Below, in pieces: positions 18,644 to 28,697 of a stretch of DNA of 64,000 nucleotides (its first letter is position 1; the number at the start of each line of letters is the position of its first letter). A program made the translations under genes and the position numbers. A model generated the notes under the pieces. The model saw nothing but the letters and a program-made list of their open reading frames with translations, searched no databases and was not told the DNA's origin. This DNA is from a virus. The stretch lies in IMG/VR virus record IMGVR_UViG_3300020599_000004, positions 32,001-96,000 of that record. One strand, given 5' to 3'.

Positions 18644-19462
18644 TTACCCCTGCGTCATGGCGATGGTACCGGCCTTCATCGACAAGGCAGCGGTAATAAG
18701 GGATAGTGCGCCCGGTGTCAGTTCGACGCTGGTACCACCGACTGTTAAGGTGATACGTGCCTCTGCTTTGACGTCGATGGTCTGAGGTGCCGTTAAACGA
18801 ATGGCTTGTTGGTCCATTTCCAGGACACAGCCTTGCTCATTCTGGATAGAAAGGTAAGAGCGAGTCGAGTCGATAAAGATCTTGTTGTCCTTATCATCTA
18901 CCAATGTGAAGGTGCCATTCTTGGTGTCAAAGCGCGTCTTGTACTGAGCCGCTTCCCCGTTGAGCATACTGGTCTGGAACGTGACCTGTCCAGTATGTGT
19001 CGACATCTCAATGAAGTAACAGTTCTCTGGCTTCAGGACGTAATCTGGCCCATCGGACTCCACATCGGGATCGGCGTTGATGCCAAACGTAATGGTTTCC
19101 AGACGGCGTTTAGCATCGTCCAGTCCCAGGTACTCCCAGTAATACTTATCCGTGGTGTCGTACCGCCAGATCATCACCCGTTCCCCCCGGCGGATGTCAG
19201 GAGGGGTGAGACGGTTGCTACCGCGGGGTAGCCATTCAGCGACGATATGGTTACCTGTGTTGATGGTGCCTTCGTAATTGGATTGGTCCGCAGCCACACC
19301 CTTATACCCGACGGCCTTGGTGTTGGTACCCAGTTCACCATCGAGCATGGGCAGTGATTCGATGGGTACCACCCGCAGTTGACGGGTGTTTTGTGACTTG
19401 TTCTCAGCGGCTACCCCTAGGGAGAACTGCTGCAACAGCGAGACTTGTTTGGGCTGTGGCAT
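18644..19462 (-). CDS. baseplate central spike protein, 272 aa
   Basis: W-x-P...P-x-x-GERV OB-fold-like N-terminus, beta-rich C-terminus, 3 nt upstream of PAAR. Confidence 0.72.
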   Translation of the reverse strand: MPQPKQVSLLQQFSLGVAAENKSQNTRQLRVVPIESLPMLDGELGTNTKAVGYKGVAADQSNYEGTINTGNHIVAEWLPRGSNRLTPPDIRRGERVMIWRYDTTDKYYWEYLGLDDAKRRLETITFGINADPDVESDGPDYVLKPENCYFIEMSTHTGQVTFQTSMLNGEAAQYKTRFDTKNGTFTLVDDKDNKIFIDSTRSYLSIQNEQGCVLEMDQQAIRLTAPQTIDVKAEARITLTVGGTSVELTPGALSLITAALSMKAGTIAMTQG

Positions 19463-19537
19463 TTCGCACCTATGTCAAAATAATTAATAAATCCTAACCA
19501 AACCAATGATACAGAGACTGCAAGAAGGACGAAGTCC

Positions 19538-22000
19538 ATGTTTTTCACGTACTTGCGCCAATATCGTTGTCGGCGTTATAAACTGGCCACGTGGCAGGAG
19601 TTAGAGATCGTCCCAACTGCCAAGACTCAATTGGTCTTGGGGACCAATGGTTCGGGGAAAACGAGTTTGCTCAATGCTGGGTTCAGTGTGACACTGCCTA
19701 ACATGAAGCGGGATTACCACCCAGGTGGTTCCCGGACTATACGATTGAACCACAACGGCCATCATTACGAACTGCACTCCTGCCTCAATGGGAAATCCCC
19801 TGAGCATTCCTTCATCCGTGATGGGGAAGAGTTAAATGTCGGTAAAACTGGTGCCGTTTATGAGGCCTTGGTCAGAGAACATTTCGGAATAGACCAGGAT
19901 TTGGAAGATGTGCTGACCGGTGCGGTCAAGTTCACTGAGATGTCTCCCATTGAGCGTCGGAACTGGATTACCCGCCTGTCCACAGCCAATTTCGATTATG
20001 CCCTTGATCTCTATAACAAGACCAAGAAAGGGATCAAGTACGCCGAGAGCGTCGTCAAGCGCAATACCGAGCGTCTGGCTGAAGAAACTGGCAAACTGCT
20101 GAACCAGGAAGATGCCCAACACTTGCTGGATCGGTGCAATAAATTGCGGGATGAACTCAATATCCTCTTGCAAGAAAGTAACCAGGGTGTGTCAGCAGTC
20201 AATACCCTCACCGCTGACTTGAATCAACGCTGGGGACAGATTGTTGATCAGGTAGAGACTATCAGCAAGAACATCTTCTACCCGCCTGAAGGGTTTGGTT
20301 GGAGCAGTCCTGAGCAACTGTTGGCGGACATTCGACGCCGTAATGACGAATTGCGGAATCTGGAAGGTCAACTCAACACCCTGGGCGAAGAGTTTGGCTA
20401 CTTGGAAGCCAAGATGGAGCATCTGCGTGCCATCGAGGGGTTGGATGAAGCCTTCGTTCGGCAACGTATCTCTGAACTCACGGCACAGATCGAAGAATGC
20501 CTGCGGCGTCTGTGCACGGGGGTGAATGTTGACCACATCGCTCATGGTCCTGAAGACATTGAGGTGGTGCAGCAGTTCATGTCAGCGGTTCGTATCCTAG
20601 ATTTCGCTGACGACTACCCTAAGCACCTGGCCGATAAGGCGAATGAAACGGTTGCTACGCTGACCAACAACATCCAGAGTGCCTTCCGTACCATCAGCAA
20701 CATTGAAGGGCGTCTGGAACACATTGACAAGTGTCAGTCAGTGGGTTGTCCGAAGTGTGGTCACGAGTTCAAGCAGGGTGTGGATACCAATGAGCGAGAG
20801 AATCTGCTTGCTCAGCTGGAGAAGGGCCGTGGGCTGGTCAAAAGCTGGACTGAACAGTTGACGATCGCCACTGATTATGCTAACAAGGACCTTGACTACC
20901 GTGCCGCGGTGGATCGAGCTAAGCGTATTCAGTACGAACATCCTGAGCTGGGCAGCTTTTGGCAGCTCATTGCATCAGCAGGTGGCGTAGAAGCAGGTCC
21001 TGCGTTGGTGACCACCTGTCAGATGTACCTACGCGATGCACACGTAGCGGCTGAGATTGCTAAACTGGACTATGAACTGCGTCCTGTGAAGGAGGCCCTC
21101 GATACCATCGAGAAAACAGCTTCTGATGGCAACACCATTCGCGAACGTTATTACCTGCTCAAGTCCAGGATCGTCTCCATCACGGAGCAGATGAGTGCGG
21201 CGCGGCTAGAGCTGGCCATGATCGAGTCCTACAAGCAGCGTCTGGAGTCTTACGACGAGTCTGTAGTGGATTTGGAACAGCGCCTGACAGCCTGGCAGGA
21301 GGACGCCGAGTGCCTGGTGGAAGCCATCCGTCAGGATGAGATCAAACGACTCATCGCACAGCAGCAGAGCAGCCTGGCGGTAGCCTCAGAGGCTCTATCC
21401 GAGAGTGAGCTTATCCAAGGTGTGGTCAAAGATATCCAGAAGGAGATCAAGACCATGTCGTTGCAGGAGAAAGCGTACCGTCTGCTGGAGTCCTTACTCT
21501 CACCCAACGACGGCATCATTGCTGAACAGTTGAGTCTGTCGATCAATGTGCTACTCGATCGAATGAACGCAGTGATTGCGCGGGTCTGGGGATACAACAT
21601 GGCCATCATGCCATGCAGCCTTGAGGACGGTTCGCTCAATTATCGCTTCCCTTTGTATGCAGTGACGACAGACGACCCAGTGCCGGATATCAAGCTCGGT
21701 TCTGACTCGCAGAAGACCATCGTCAACCTGGCCTTCCGTCTAGTTGTGTACAAGTTCCTGAAGCTTCAGCATTATCCCTTGTACCTCGACGAGTTGGGTC
21801 GTGACTTTGACCCGGTGCACCGTCACAACCTGATCCCTGCGATCAAGGATCTGATTGACGATGATACCTACAGTCAAGTGTTCATGATTTCGCACTACGA
21901 GGATGGGCAATCGAGCTTCAAGAATTCCGAGATCGTGGTCCTCCATGACAGTCACCTGACTATCAAGGCGGATTACAACCAACACGTCAGGTTCGCCTGA
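19538..22000 (+). CDS. sbcC: SbcC/Rad50-like SMC ATPase, 820 aa
   Basis: Walker A GTNGSGKT, coiled coils, CPKC zinc hook, GSDSQK signature, Walker B YLDELG, SH switch. Confidence 0.9.
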   Translation: MFFTYLRQYRCRRYKLATWQELEIVPTAKTQLVLGTNGSGKTSLLNAGFSVTLPNMKRDYHPGGSRTIRLNHNGHHYELHSCLNGKSPEHSFIRDGEELNVGKTGAVYEALVREHFGIDQDLEDVLTGAVKFTEMSPIERRNWITRLSTANFDYALDLYNKTKKGIKYAESVVKRNTERLAEETGKLLNQEDAQHLLDRCNKLRDELNILLQESNQGVSAVNTLTADLNQRWGQIVDQVETISKNIFYPPEGFGWSSPEQLLADIRRRNDELRNLEGQLNTLGEEFGYLEAKMEHLRAIEGLDEAFVRQRISELTAQIEECLRRLCTGVNVDHIAHGPEDIEVVQQFMSAVRILDFADDYPKHLADKANETVATLTNNIQSAFRTISNIEGRLEHIDKCQSVGCPKCGHEFKQGVDTNERENLLAQLEKGRGLVKSWTEQLTIATDYANKDLDYRAAVDRAKRIQYEHPELGSFWQLIASAGGVEAGPALVTTCQMYLRDAHVAAEIAKLDYELRPVKEALDTIEKTASDGNTIRERYYLLKSRIVSITEQMSAARLELAMIESYKQRLESYDESVVDLEQRLTAWQEDAECLVEAIRQDEIKRLIAQQQSSLAVASEALSESELIQGVVKDIQKEIKTMSLQEKAYRLLESLLSPNDGIIAEQLSLSINVLLDRMNAVIARVWGYNMAIMPCSLEDGSLNYRFPLYAVTTDDPVPDIKLGSDSQKTIVNLAFRLVVYKFLKLQHYPLYLDELGRDFDPVHRHNLIPAIKDLIDDDTYSQVFMISHYEDGQSSFKNSEIVVLHDSHLTIKADYNQHVRFA

Positions 22001-22016
22001 CGTGTGAGGAGGCGTA

Positions 22017-22484
22017 ATGGATAAAGCATACACCGAAATGCTCACGCGGTTGGTAATGAGCCTCAGCCATAAGCGGTCGGGTCGGTGGTTCTTCATGATG
22101 CCGGTTACGGACATCCATACTTCGACCGCTGTACCTTCGGTCTTAGCTACCAACTGTTCCATCCGAGCATTCTGTCCTGATCAAGGTTATTTCCGCAGTG
22201 ACATTCCCTTCGGCGAAAATGCTTGGAAGACCTATGGCATCCTGATCCTGATCAACCCTTACACTGGGGATAAGATGGCAGTGCCTATCTCCGAAGTGGA
22301 GCGAGTTAATCCGCTGTTTGACTGGCGCTGGGCACTCCAGCGTAGTCAGCGACGTGCTGATCTGGCTATGCAACTGGAGTACGAGTTGGGCATGGCTCAG
22401 CAGAAACAGGCGGTTGCTCATCGGGAACGTGTCATCAAAGACGTCCAGGCCGAGGTCATCAGTAAGAGTCCCACTTTTCACTAG
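22017..22484 (+). CDS. hypothetical protein, 155 aa
   Basis: GAGGAGG RBS, ATG. Confidence 0.75.
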   Translation: MDKAYTEMLTRLVMSLSHKRSGRWFFMMPVTDIHTSTAVPSVLATNCSIRAFCPDQGYFRSDIPFGENAWKTYGILILINPYTGDKMAVPISEVERVNPLFDWRWALQRSQRRADLAMQLEYELGMAQQKQAVAHRERVIKDVQAEVISKSPTFH

Positions 22485-22495
22485 GAGATAACTCC

Positions 22496-22861
22496 GTGGA
22501 TATTTATCAACAAATCGACAAGGTGATCGGCAATCCGGATCGCCAAGTGCTGCTCTCTGCCAGTCGCAATTACACTGACTTTGAAAGCGCGGCTAGGCTC
22601 ATCTTCATGAACTACCAGCGTGACAAGAGCAAGCCGCTCAAGGAGAACCTCTACTTGGCATTGATCAAGTCGGCTATCCAGTCGCAGAAGTACAATGCGG
22701 CCGAAGAAACCGGCAAATGCCAGGAACTGATCAAGCTGCTGAGCGTCAGCGCGGCCGATCGACAGTTCTTCTACGAATGTCTGTTCGATCAGGGAGGTTT
22801 GAGTGGTCCTGGTCTTCGGTTGTTCCAGCGCTATACAGTCGACGATCAGATGACCCAGTAA
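22496..22861 (+). CDS. hypothetical protein, 121 aa
   Basis: AGGAGA RBS, GTG start. Confidence 0.75.
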   Translation: MDIYQQIDKVIGNPDRQVLLSASRNYTDFESAARLIFMNYQRDKSKPLKENLYLALIKSAIQSQKYNAAEETGKCQELIKLLSVSAADRQFFYECLFDQGGLSGPGLRLFQRYTVDDQMTQ

Positions 22862-22865
22862 GCAC

Positions 22866-22906
22866 TCGGCATAAAGCGGGGGCTAGATGCCCCCGCTTTA
22901 TGCCGA
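22866..22906. terminator. perfect 18-bp-stem bidirectional terminator
   Basis: TCGGCATAAAGCGGGGGC-tagat-GCCCCCGCTTTATGCCGA between convergent genes. Confidence 0.8.
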
Positions 22907-22907
22907 C

Positions 22908-23540
22908 TCAGGTGGGTTGTGCTTGGCTCTCAGTGTAGCCCTTGATGATGTCTTCCAGCTGAGCGATGTATTCAGCTTGCGATTGGGTCAGGGCTTCCGC
23001 GCGCAGTGCACGCGCCAGGTAGGTATCGTTATTGGTGATTGCCGCTTGACGCGCAATGGTCAGCTGTACGTGCATGTCGTCGGTAATGGTGTCGGTATAG
23101 GTAGCGCGCCCGACATTCACCGTGATGTCCTGTACACCTGTGTGATCTGAGAGTTCTTGCTGGATGGTCTGGATCGCCACAGAGGGATCGTAGCTGTCCG
23201 GCAGAGGACCCAGGGAACAACTGAGCACCAGCCAGGAATACGGCACCACACCCATGTTAGGGTAGGACAGGATGTAGGTGTCCGGGACGTAGATCGGCTT
23301 TTCGGTCGAGGAGAGCAGGGCGATAATCTGCGCACCCGCGGCGATGTCCGCTTGGTATTCCGTCTCGCCTAACCCCACGGGTCGGTAGACCAAATCCAGC
23401 GGCTCTTCCTTGTCAGCGCGGATCTCTTCGAAGGTCCGGATCGCCGAGACCATGTAGGTGACGTCTTCCTTGGCCACAAAGGGCGCTGCGAGCAGGAAGA
23501 GTCCCTTCGCATTCATAGGAGGAGTGATTCTGGTTGCCAT
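22908..23540 (-). CDS. probable virion structural protein, 210 aa
   Basis: Clean ORF at the end of a minus-strand structural block. Confidence 0.6.
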   Translation of the reverse strand: MATRITPPMNAKGLFLLAAPFVAKEDVTYMVSAIRTFEEIRADKEEPLDLVYRPVGLGETEYQADIAAGAQIIALLSSTEKPIYVPDTYILSYPNMGVVPYSWLVLSCSLGPLPDSYDPSVAIQTIQQELSDHTGVQDITVNVGRATYTDTITDDMHVQLTIARQAAITNNDTYLARALRAEALTQSQAEYIAQLEDIIKGYTESQAQPT

Positions 23541-23542
23541 GA

Positions 23543-24175
23543 TCAGCCCTTGTGTTTGATGAGTCCCATTTGCCTTAGCGTCTCCACCGTGTCTCTGGGG
23601 TGGATCATCGTAGCGGGTACGTTTTGTGCTTGGTGATGGGAGTGTGGTTTTCGACGAAAGTGGTAACCGATTTTAAGCAGCTTTTTGACAGGGTGGTTCG
23701 CTGCGATGACCAAGCGTAGTGCCCAGTCAAAGTTATAGAAATTAGCGTCACCCAGGACATGAATATAACGCTTAAGCACCTCGGTCCTAAAGACACAGCA
23801 GTTATGCAGTTCTAACGGCGATTGGGTCAGTCGTCTGAAATCAAACTCACCGATGTGGTACATTGAGCGGAAACTGCCGTCGACATGGATAGCTCGCTCG
23901 TGACAGGCACAGATCGCGTAAGTCGGATTCTCTTCCAGGTACTGTAAACAACTCTGCACCACGCTAAGGTCGACCCTGTCATCGGGGTCGACCATCAGCA
24001 CGTATTCTGAGTGGATTTGAGAGTAAGCGGCCACACGGGCCGCTCCTACGTCGCCGGGGATACCGGCAAACTCTCTGACAGGATAGGAACCTGCACGCAG
24101 ATCGTGCAGTAATTCCTCCAACCACTCCCTACGGTCATTCGGGCAGAGCATGTAGGCAATGGTCAGTTTGTCCAT
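23543..24175 (-). CDS. family 2 (GT-A) glycosyltransferase, 210 aa
   Basis: GAAR...SEYVLMVDPDD segment matching the GT2 ARN...EYIxFLDADD (DxD) pattern. Confidence 0.75.
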   Translation of the reverse strand: MDKLTIAYMLCPNDRREWLEELLHDLRAGSYPVREFAGIPGDVGAARVAAYSQIHSEYVLMVDPDDRVDLSVVQSCLQYLEENPTYAICACHERAIHVDGSFRSMYHIGEFDFRRLTQSPLELHNCCVFRTEVLKRYIHVLGDANFYNFDWALRLVIAANHPVKKLLKIGYHFRRKPHSHHQAQNVPATMIHPRDTVETLRQMGLIKHKG

Positions 24176-24190
24176 GTCATCTTACCTAGG

Positions 24191-26626
24191 TTAAATGTCC
24201 AGGGTCATGAGATCCCCATAACCCACCCAACGCTTGCTGTCCGACTGTGAAGTCAGGCATTTCATCGTGATCATCCCACGGGGTTTTACCACGACTGGAT
24301 TGCCGGATGCTTGGATACACCACTCAACTTCGCTGTAATAGCCAACATCGACGGACATGGGCAGGTCGGAGTTGTTCCAGAGTCGAAGCTCGGCCAACTC
24401 TTCGAACGAGCCGAATGCGTTAAAGATTACGCTCAGCTTGGTCACGTCTTCGTTGAGGGTATCACTGGCTTTGACCTCGGTCAGCATGTCTTTCAGCTGC
24501 TCGGGGTAGATGTAGAGTGATCCGTACGAATCCGTGGTGATGTTGCTGTACCCATCGTACTTGGATGCGGCCATCCCCGTGACGATATCACCACTGGCTA
24601 ACCACTGAGTACCCGTGGCTTCGTTGTTGGTATCACCATCCAGGTAACGCACATTGACCAAGCCACCGGCGGGCACGACAGGAAAGTCGACCGAGGGGGC
24701 GTAATCAAGGTACATATCCCCACCACGAAGGTTCAGGACAGCACCTGTGTTGTTACGGATGTAGAATCCCTCGCCCATGCCGTAACCATTCGGCCAACTG
24801 ATATTAACATCTATCTGGTCGGCGTAATAGCCACCCTGAATGTAGATCAGAGCGCTTTTTACATCATCCGGATAGATGTCAGCGTAATACGCAGTGCCTT
24901 CATCATCCGACTGAACATCCACCCTGACCACGCGGTCAAAGTCCATCTTACCCTGCGGGGTAACCCCCACACCGGTCCACAGGACATGTGCTGTTTCACC
25001 GCCACCCACTACCGTACCCAGCAGACAGGCCATGGGCGGGATGGTGTACGCATTGATGCCGATGGCAAATTCCGACCAGAGGTAACTCTGATGCATCTTG
25101 GCAGTCAGGTTGGTGTTGTTCCACACGTAGACCTGCTGACCGATCAGTCCCGGGTTACGGGCCTTGATGTTCAGGTCGAACTCATTGGTGCCCTCATCCC
25201 CATGACTGACCAGTTCGACCAGATTACCAACAGTGTCGTCGAGGTAGAACTCACACTCGGCGTAGTTGTTGTCATAGTCGACTTCCAGTTCGACCTGCAT
25301 GACGCCCAGACCCGCCGATCCAGATGCCGTGCCAGTGATCAATACCACACCTTGGCCGTCCATCTTGGCCACCAAGCGCCCTTGGATGGCGTTCAGATCG
25401 GCCAGCTGATTGGAAGCCCCATTCGGGGCGATCTGTGGGGTGAAGTACTCGTCATCGATCTCCAACACTTGGCCGGAAACGTTTAGTACACCGAAGACAG
25501 CACCCAGCCTGGCGTTCTGACCATTGATAACATCCAGGTAGAAGTTATCAATGGTATCGGTGTCCAAGTTATCCGGATTATTGATCAGGATGAACTTGTC
25601 TGCATGCTGAAGTAAATCGATCTCGGCAGATGCCCAGTCAGCATCGCCGCCTTTCGTCAGCGGCACAGTGACGATGTCTTGCCAATAGGCATCCGCGCTG
25701 CTGGTCCCGGCTTGACTGCTGAAGAGCAGAACCGTCGGGACTTCCTGATCCACGTCGATAACCCGACCTAGCACCTGATCGCCCCGGCTCAACTGCTTAG
25801 CCGTACCGTTGGGTAATGCCACCGGGGTCATCTGGCTCTCATCATAGGCCAGGTCGATTTCAGTGGCATTGTACAACCCGAACCGACCACCGGCCTTGGT
25901 CGCCGTCCCAGCATTGAGGATGAAGAGTTTCCCATTCCCTGCCAAGTTATCCGGATTGGTCAGGTAGATAAACTTACCCTGGTGGGTCTGCATGTCTACC
26001 GTGGCTTCAGGACCTGTCTCTCCATCGGTCAGAGAAAGCGTGACCACATCTTCCCAGGCATCACCGCCTTCGCCCTGGATACCTTCCAGTTGTCCAGAGA
26101 CCAGGTAGTACGGCAGCTCAGCATTGACCTTGATCAGTCGAATGTCAGCCACAGCCCCCGGTTTAAATTCCTGCTGGCTGTTGTTCAGCGCATAGGCCAC
26201 TTGGCAGTTGTACGTATCGATCACCGGAGATGCATCGGTGGAGTTGTACACCCCGATGGTTTGGCCCAGGTGTAACACGTTAGACGGAACGATCTCGATC
26301 TTGAACGCATCGTCCGTGTCTGCCGTGATGATAACGAACCGACCTGCATGCAATTCAGGGTCAAGTGTGGCGTAACGACCCCGGTTAACGATGTTCTTCA
26401 CCTTGACTTCGACGATAGGCGCGTTGTCGCTGCTCATCTCGTTGGCAAAGTTAGTCAGGGCTGTCTGCAAGACAGACTTGGTGATGAGCGGCGTTCCCCA
26501 GTCGTCGACGATGGAGGTGCCGCCTGCCATGTACACCTCTTTGGTATTGAGATCGACATAATGCGCATTGAGCTCCGGTGGAATGAAGTCCGGCGCACCT
26601 CGACCTTTGTACAGGTGTTGTTCCAT
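24191..26626 (-). CDS. repeat-domain tail fibre/appendage protein, 811 aa
   Basis: N-terminal GRGAPDFIP...HYVDL attachment-type motif, then about six divergent beta-rich modules of about 115-130 aa. Confidence 0.62.
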   Translation of the reverse strand: MEQHLYKGRGAPDFIPPELNAHYVDLNTKEVYMAGGTSIVDDWGTPLITKSVLQTALTNFANEMSSDNAPIVEVKVKNIVNRGRYATLDPELHAGRFVIITADTDDAFKIEIVPSNVLHLGQTIGVYNSTDASPVIDTYNCQVAYALNNSQQEFKPGAVADIRLIKVNAELPYYLVSGQLEGIQGEGGDAWEDVVTLSLTDGETGPEATVDMQTHQGKFIYLTNPDNLAGNGKLFILNAGTATKAGGRFGLYNATEIDLAYDESQMTPVALPNGTAKQLSRGDQVLGRVIDVDQEVPTVLLFSSQAGTSSADAYWQDIVTVPLTKGGDADWASAEIDLLQHADKFILINNPDNLDTDTIDNFYLDVINGQNARLGAVFGVLNVSGQVLEIDDEYFTPQIAPNGASNQLADLNAIQGRLVAKMDGQGVVLITGTASGSAGLGVMQVELEVDYDNNYAECEFYLDDTVGNLVELVSHGDEGTNEFDLNIKARNPGLIGQQVYVWNNTNLTAKMHQSYLWSEFAIGINAYTIPPMACLLGTVVGGGETAHVLWTGVGVTPQGKMDFDRVVRVDVQSDDEGTAYYADIYPDDVKSALIYIQGGYYADQIDVNISWPNGYGMGEGFYIRNNTGAVLNLRGGDMYLDYAPSVDFPVVPAGGLVNVRYLDGDTNNEATGTQWLASGDIVTGMAASKYDGYSNITTDSYGSLYIYPEQLKDMLTEVKASDTLNEDVTKLSVIFNAFGSFEELAELRLWNNSDLPMSVDVGYYSEVEWCIQASGNPVVVKPRGMITMKCLTSQSDSKRWVGYGDLMTLDI

Positions 26627-26636
26627 CTCGTTGTCC

Positions 26637-28028
26637 TTAGTTGTTGACCAGGGTCTCGCCGCTATCGTTGCTCAGGTCGTCCCCATCGCTACCGGTCAGC
26701 ACGTTCGGGAAGATCGTCTGATCGTTCAGGGTGTACTTCAGTACGACCAGGTACTGCACTTTACCAAAGGAACGTACGATGTACCAGACGCCTTCACGCT
26801 GCATGCGGCTGTAGTTCAACGGCACCGAGGTATCGGGCGTCATCTCCTCGGCGTACCGGAGCTGTTCGATCAGCTGTACGGCGAACGCGCGGGTATCCGG
26901 CGACATGCGACCAAAGTCGGTGTGCGTACTGGGAACGGAGATGTAGTCCTTCCACTGGTCGTAGAACTTGTTGATGCCATCGCGGTTATTGGCACCGCCC
27001 ACTGCCAGCAGTTGCAAGCCTTTATAGGGACTGGAAACCACCGAAAGCACGCTCTTGACAAACTCCTCGGTATAACCCGTGCCCTTGGCAGTCACGATGG
27101 CCTTTTCGATCGCTTCCTCGGTTTGCACCGTGGAGGAGTAGACACCCGTCACCAGCACCTGGTTGGGGATGGCGTAGTTGTTCCACATTGGGGTGATGAT
27201 GAACTCAGTTGCCTGAAAGATGTCCGGAAAGATCACTGCCCATTCGTCGCGGGTGTGCGAGGAGTTGTCCAGGATGTAATCGACGATGGCGGTTTTGATG
27301 TTGTCGATGTTGTTACCGGCAGCGCCGTAGATAACCGTGGTCCAGTCGGTGCTGATGGTCTTGGTGCGATCATTCGGGTCGACCCAGTCAAAACTATCCG
27401 AACGGATCAGCGTCTCGGGGTAACCGTTCTTGGTTTCCTCGATGCGCGCGATCACTTCGGGCAGCTTGATGGCGGCGACCAGGGCTTTAACAGCGTTGTA
27501 GTCGCCGAAGAATTGGTCGATAGGCACCAGGGGCGGTACGACCAGGATCTCGAAGTCGTCGAACTGGTTCAGGAACGACTCACTGGCCATCCAGACTTTG
27601 ACACGGTTCTCACCGATGTTAGCATTGGTGAAACTGATGTCAAAGAACTCAGGACCCCAGATGTTGCCGTCCTTGATCATCACCCCGGAATTATGAAACT
27701 CGACCGTTTCACCCCAGCGGTTGATGAACAGTGCCTGGAAAGCCGCCGCATCTTGACTGAAGCTGCCGGCGTTAGCCTGTTGGTAGACCCAGGCGATGAT
27801 CGCCAAGACCCCGCTGACAAACGTCTCATCCGGGGTAACGTGCACATTGTCCTGGGTGCTGGTAAATGAGGAGAAACTGATACCTGGGTAATCGGCAGCT
27901 TGGTGATGGGTTTTCTCGCGAGCGTAAGTCCAACCAATCGGTGCAAGCTCACCCAGAGGGGCTACAACCTGCTTGGTGTTGTCGATAAGCGCACCGATAT
28001 TGGCGAAGCCCTTTAGGGTGTAGCTCAT
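26637..28028 (-). CDS. probable virion structural protein, 463 aa
   Basis: GGAGAG RBS; first gene of the minus-strand block. Confidence 0.65.
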   Translation of the reverse strand: MSYTLKGFANIGALIDNTKQVVAPLGELAPIGWTYAREKTHHQAADYPGISFSSFTSTQDNVHVTPDETFVSGVLAIIAWVYQQANAGSFSQDAAAFQALFINRWGETVEFHNSGVMIKDGNIWGPEFFDISFTNANIGENRVKVWMASESFLNQFDDFEILVVPPLVPIDQFFGDYNAVKALVAAIKLPEVIARIEETKNGYPETLIRSDSFDWVDPNDRTKTISTDWTTVIYGAAGNNIDNIKTAIVDYILDNSSHTRDEWAVIFPDIFQATEFIITPMWNNYAIPNQVLVTGVYSSTVQTEEAIEKAIVTAKGTGYTEEFVKSVLSVVSSPYKGLQLLAVGGANNRDGINKFYDQWKDYISVPSTHTDFGRMSPDTRAFAVQLIEQLRYAEEMTPDTSVPLNYSRMQREGVWYIVRSFGKVQYLVVLKYTLNDQTIFPNVLTGSDGDDLSNDSGETLVNN

Positions 28029-28159
28029 GGAATCTCTCCAAAAGTATGAATGCCATTGACACTAGACAAAGATCACCCTAAGATACTCGATCCCTCGAAG
28101 CTATCTTAGAGGTCTGGTCAAACCATACTATTTTTGCCTGAGAGCCAGGATAACCTGAC

Positions 28160-28684
28160 ATGGAGAATACATCGGTGGGCCTTGGTCTAAAGATCCTATC
28201 CTACCTATTCCCATTCTTGAAAGAAATAGTGCTAGGGAATACACAAATCCGGGAAGTCATGGCTCGCAACAAGCTGGTCACTGCTTTCGTGACGGTGAAC
28301 CTCTTGCTGTTCGGCCTGTACATGTACGCATGGACAGAAGCCCGGAATAAAGACTACGCACTGATCGAGAATCTGGGGAAGGTCAGTCAACTCGAAGAGC
28401 GCCTCAGTACCGCAAAGGAACGGTACGAGGAAAAGGAGAAATCTTACAAGGACCGTATAGAAGCGCTGATGCGTGAGGGCGACGGGGACGACGCACGCAT
28501 CAAGACGCTGACGGAGGACAACGCTAAGTTGCGCGATCGGATCGCGGAAGTGCAGAAAGACAATGCCAACCTCCGAGAACAATTCAGACTGAAAGATCGT
28601 GCTGATAACGCCCGCACCGCCAGGCAGCGCAGCATGTACCTTGAACAGTTGGAGCGCCTGCGACGACAGGAAAGCGGCTCCTGA
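28160..28684 (+). CDS. membrane-anchored coiled-coil protein (i-spanin candidate), 174 aa
   Basis: Hydrophobic LVTAFVTVNLLLFGLYMYAW followed by a long charged coiled coil. Confidence 0.55.
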   Translation: MENTSVGLGLKILSYLFPFLKEIVLGNTQIREVMARNKLVTAFVTVNLLLFGLYMYAWTEARNKDYALIENLGKVSQLEERLSTAKERYEEKEKSYKDRIEALMREGDGDDARIKTLTEDNAKLRDRIAEVQKDNANLREQFRLKDRADNARTARQRSMYLEQLERLRRQESGS

Positions 28685-28697
28685 CCAGGAAGATGCC

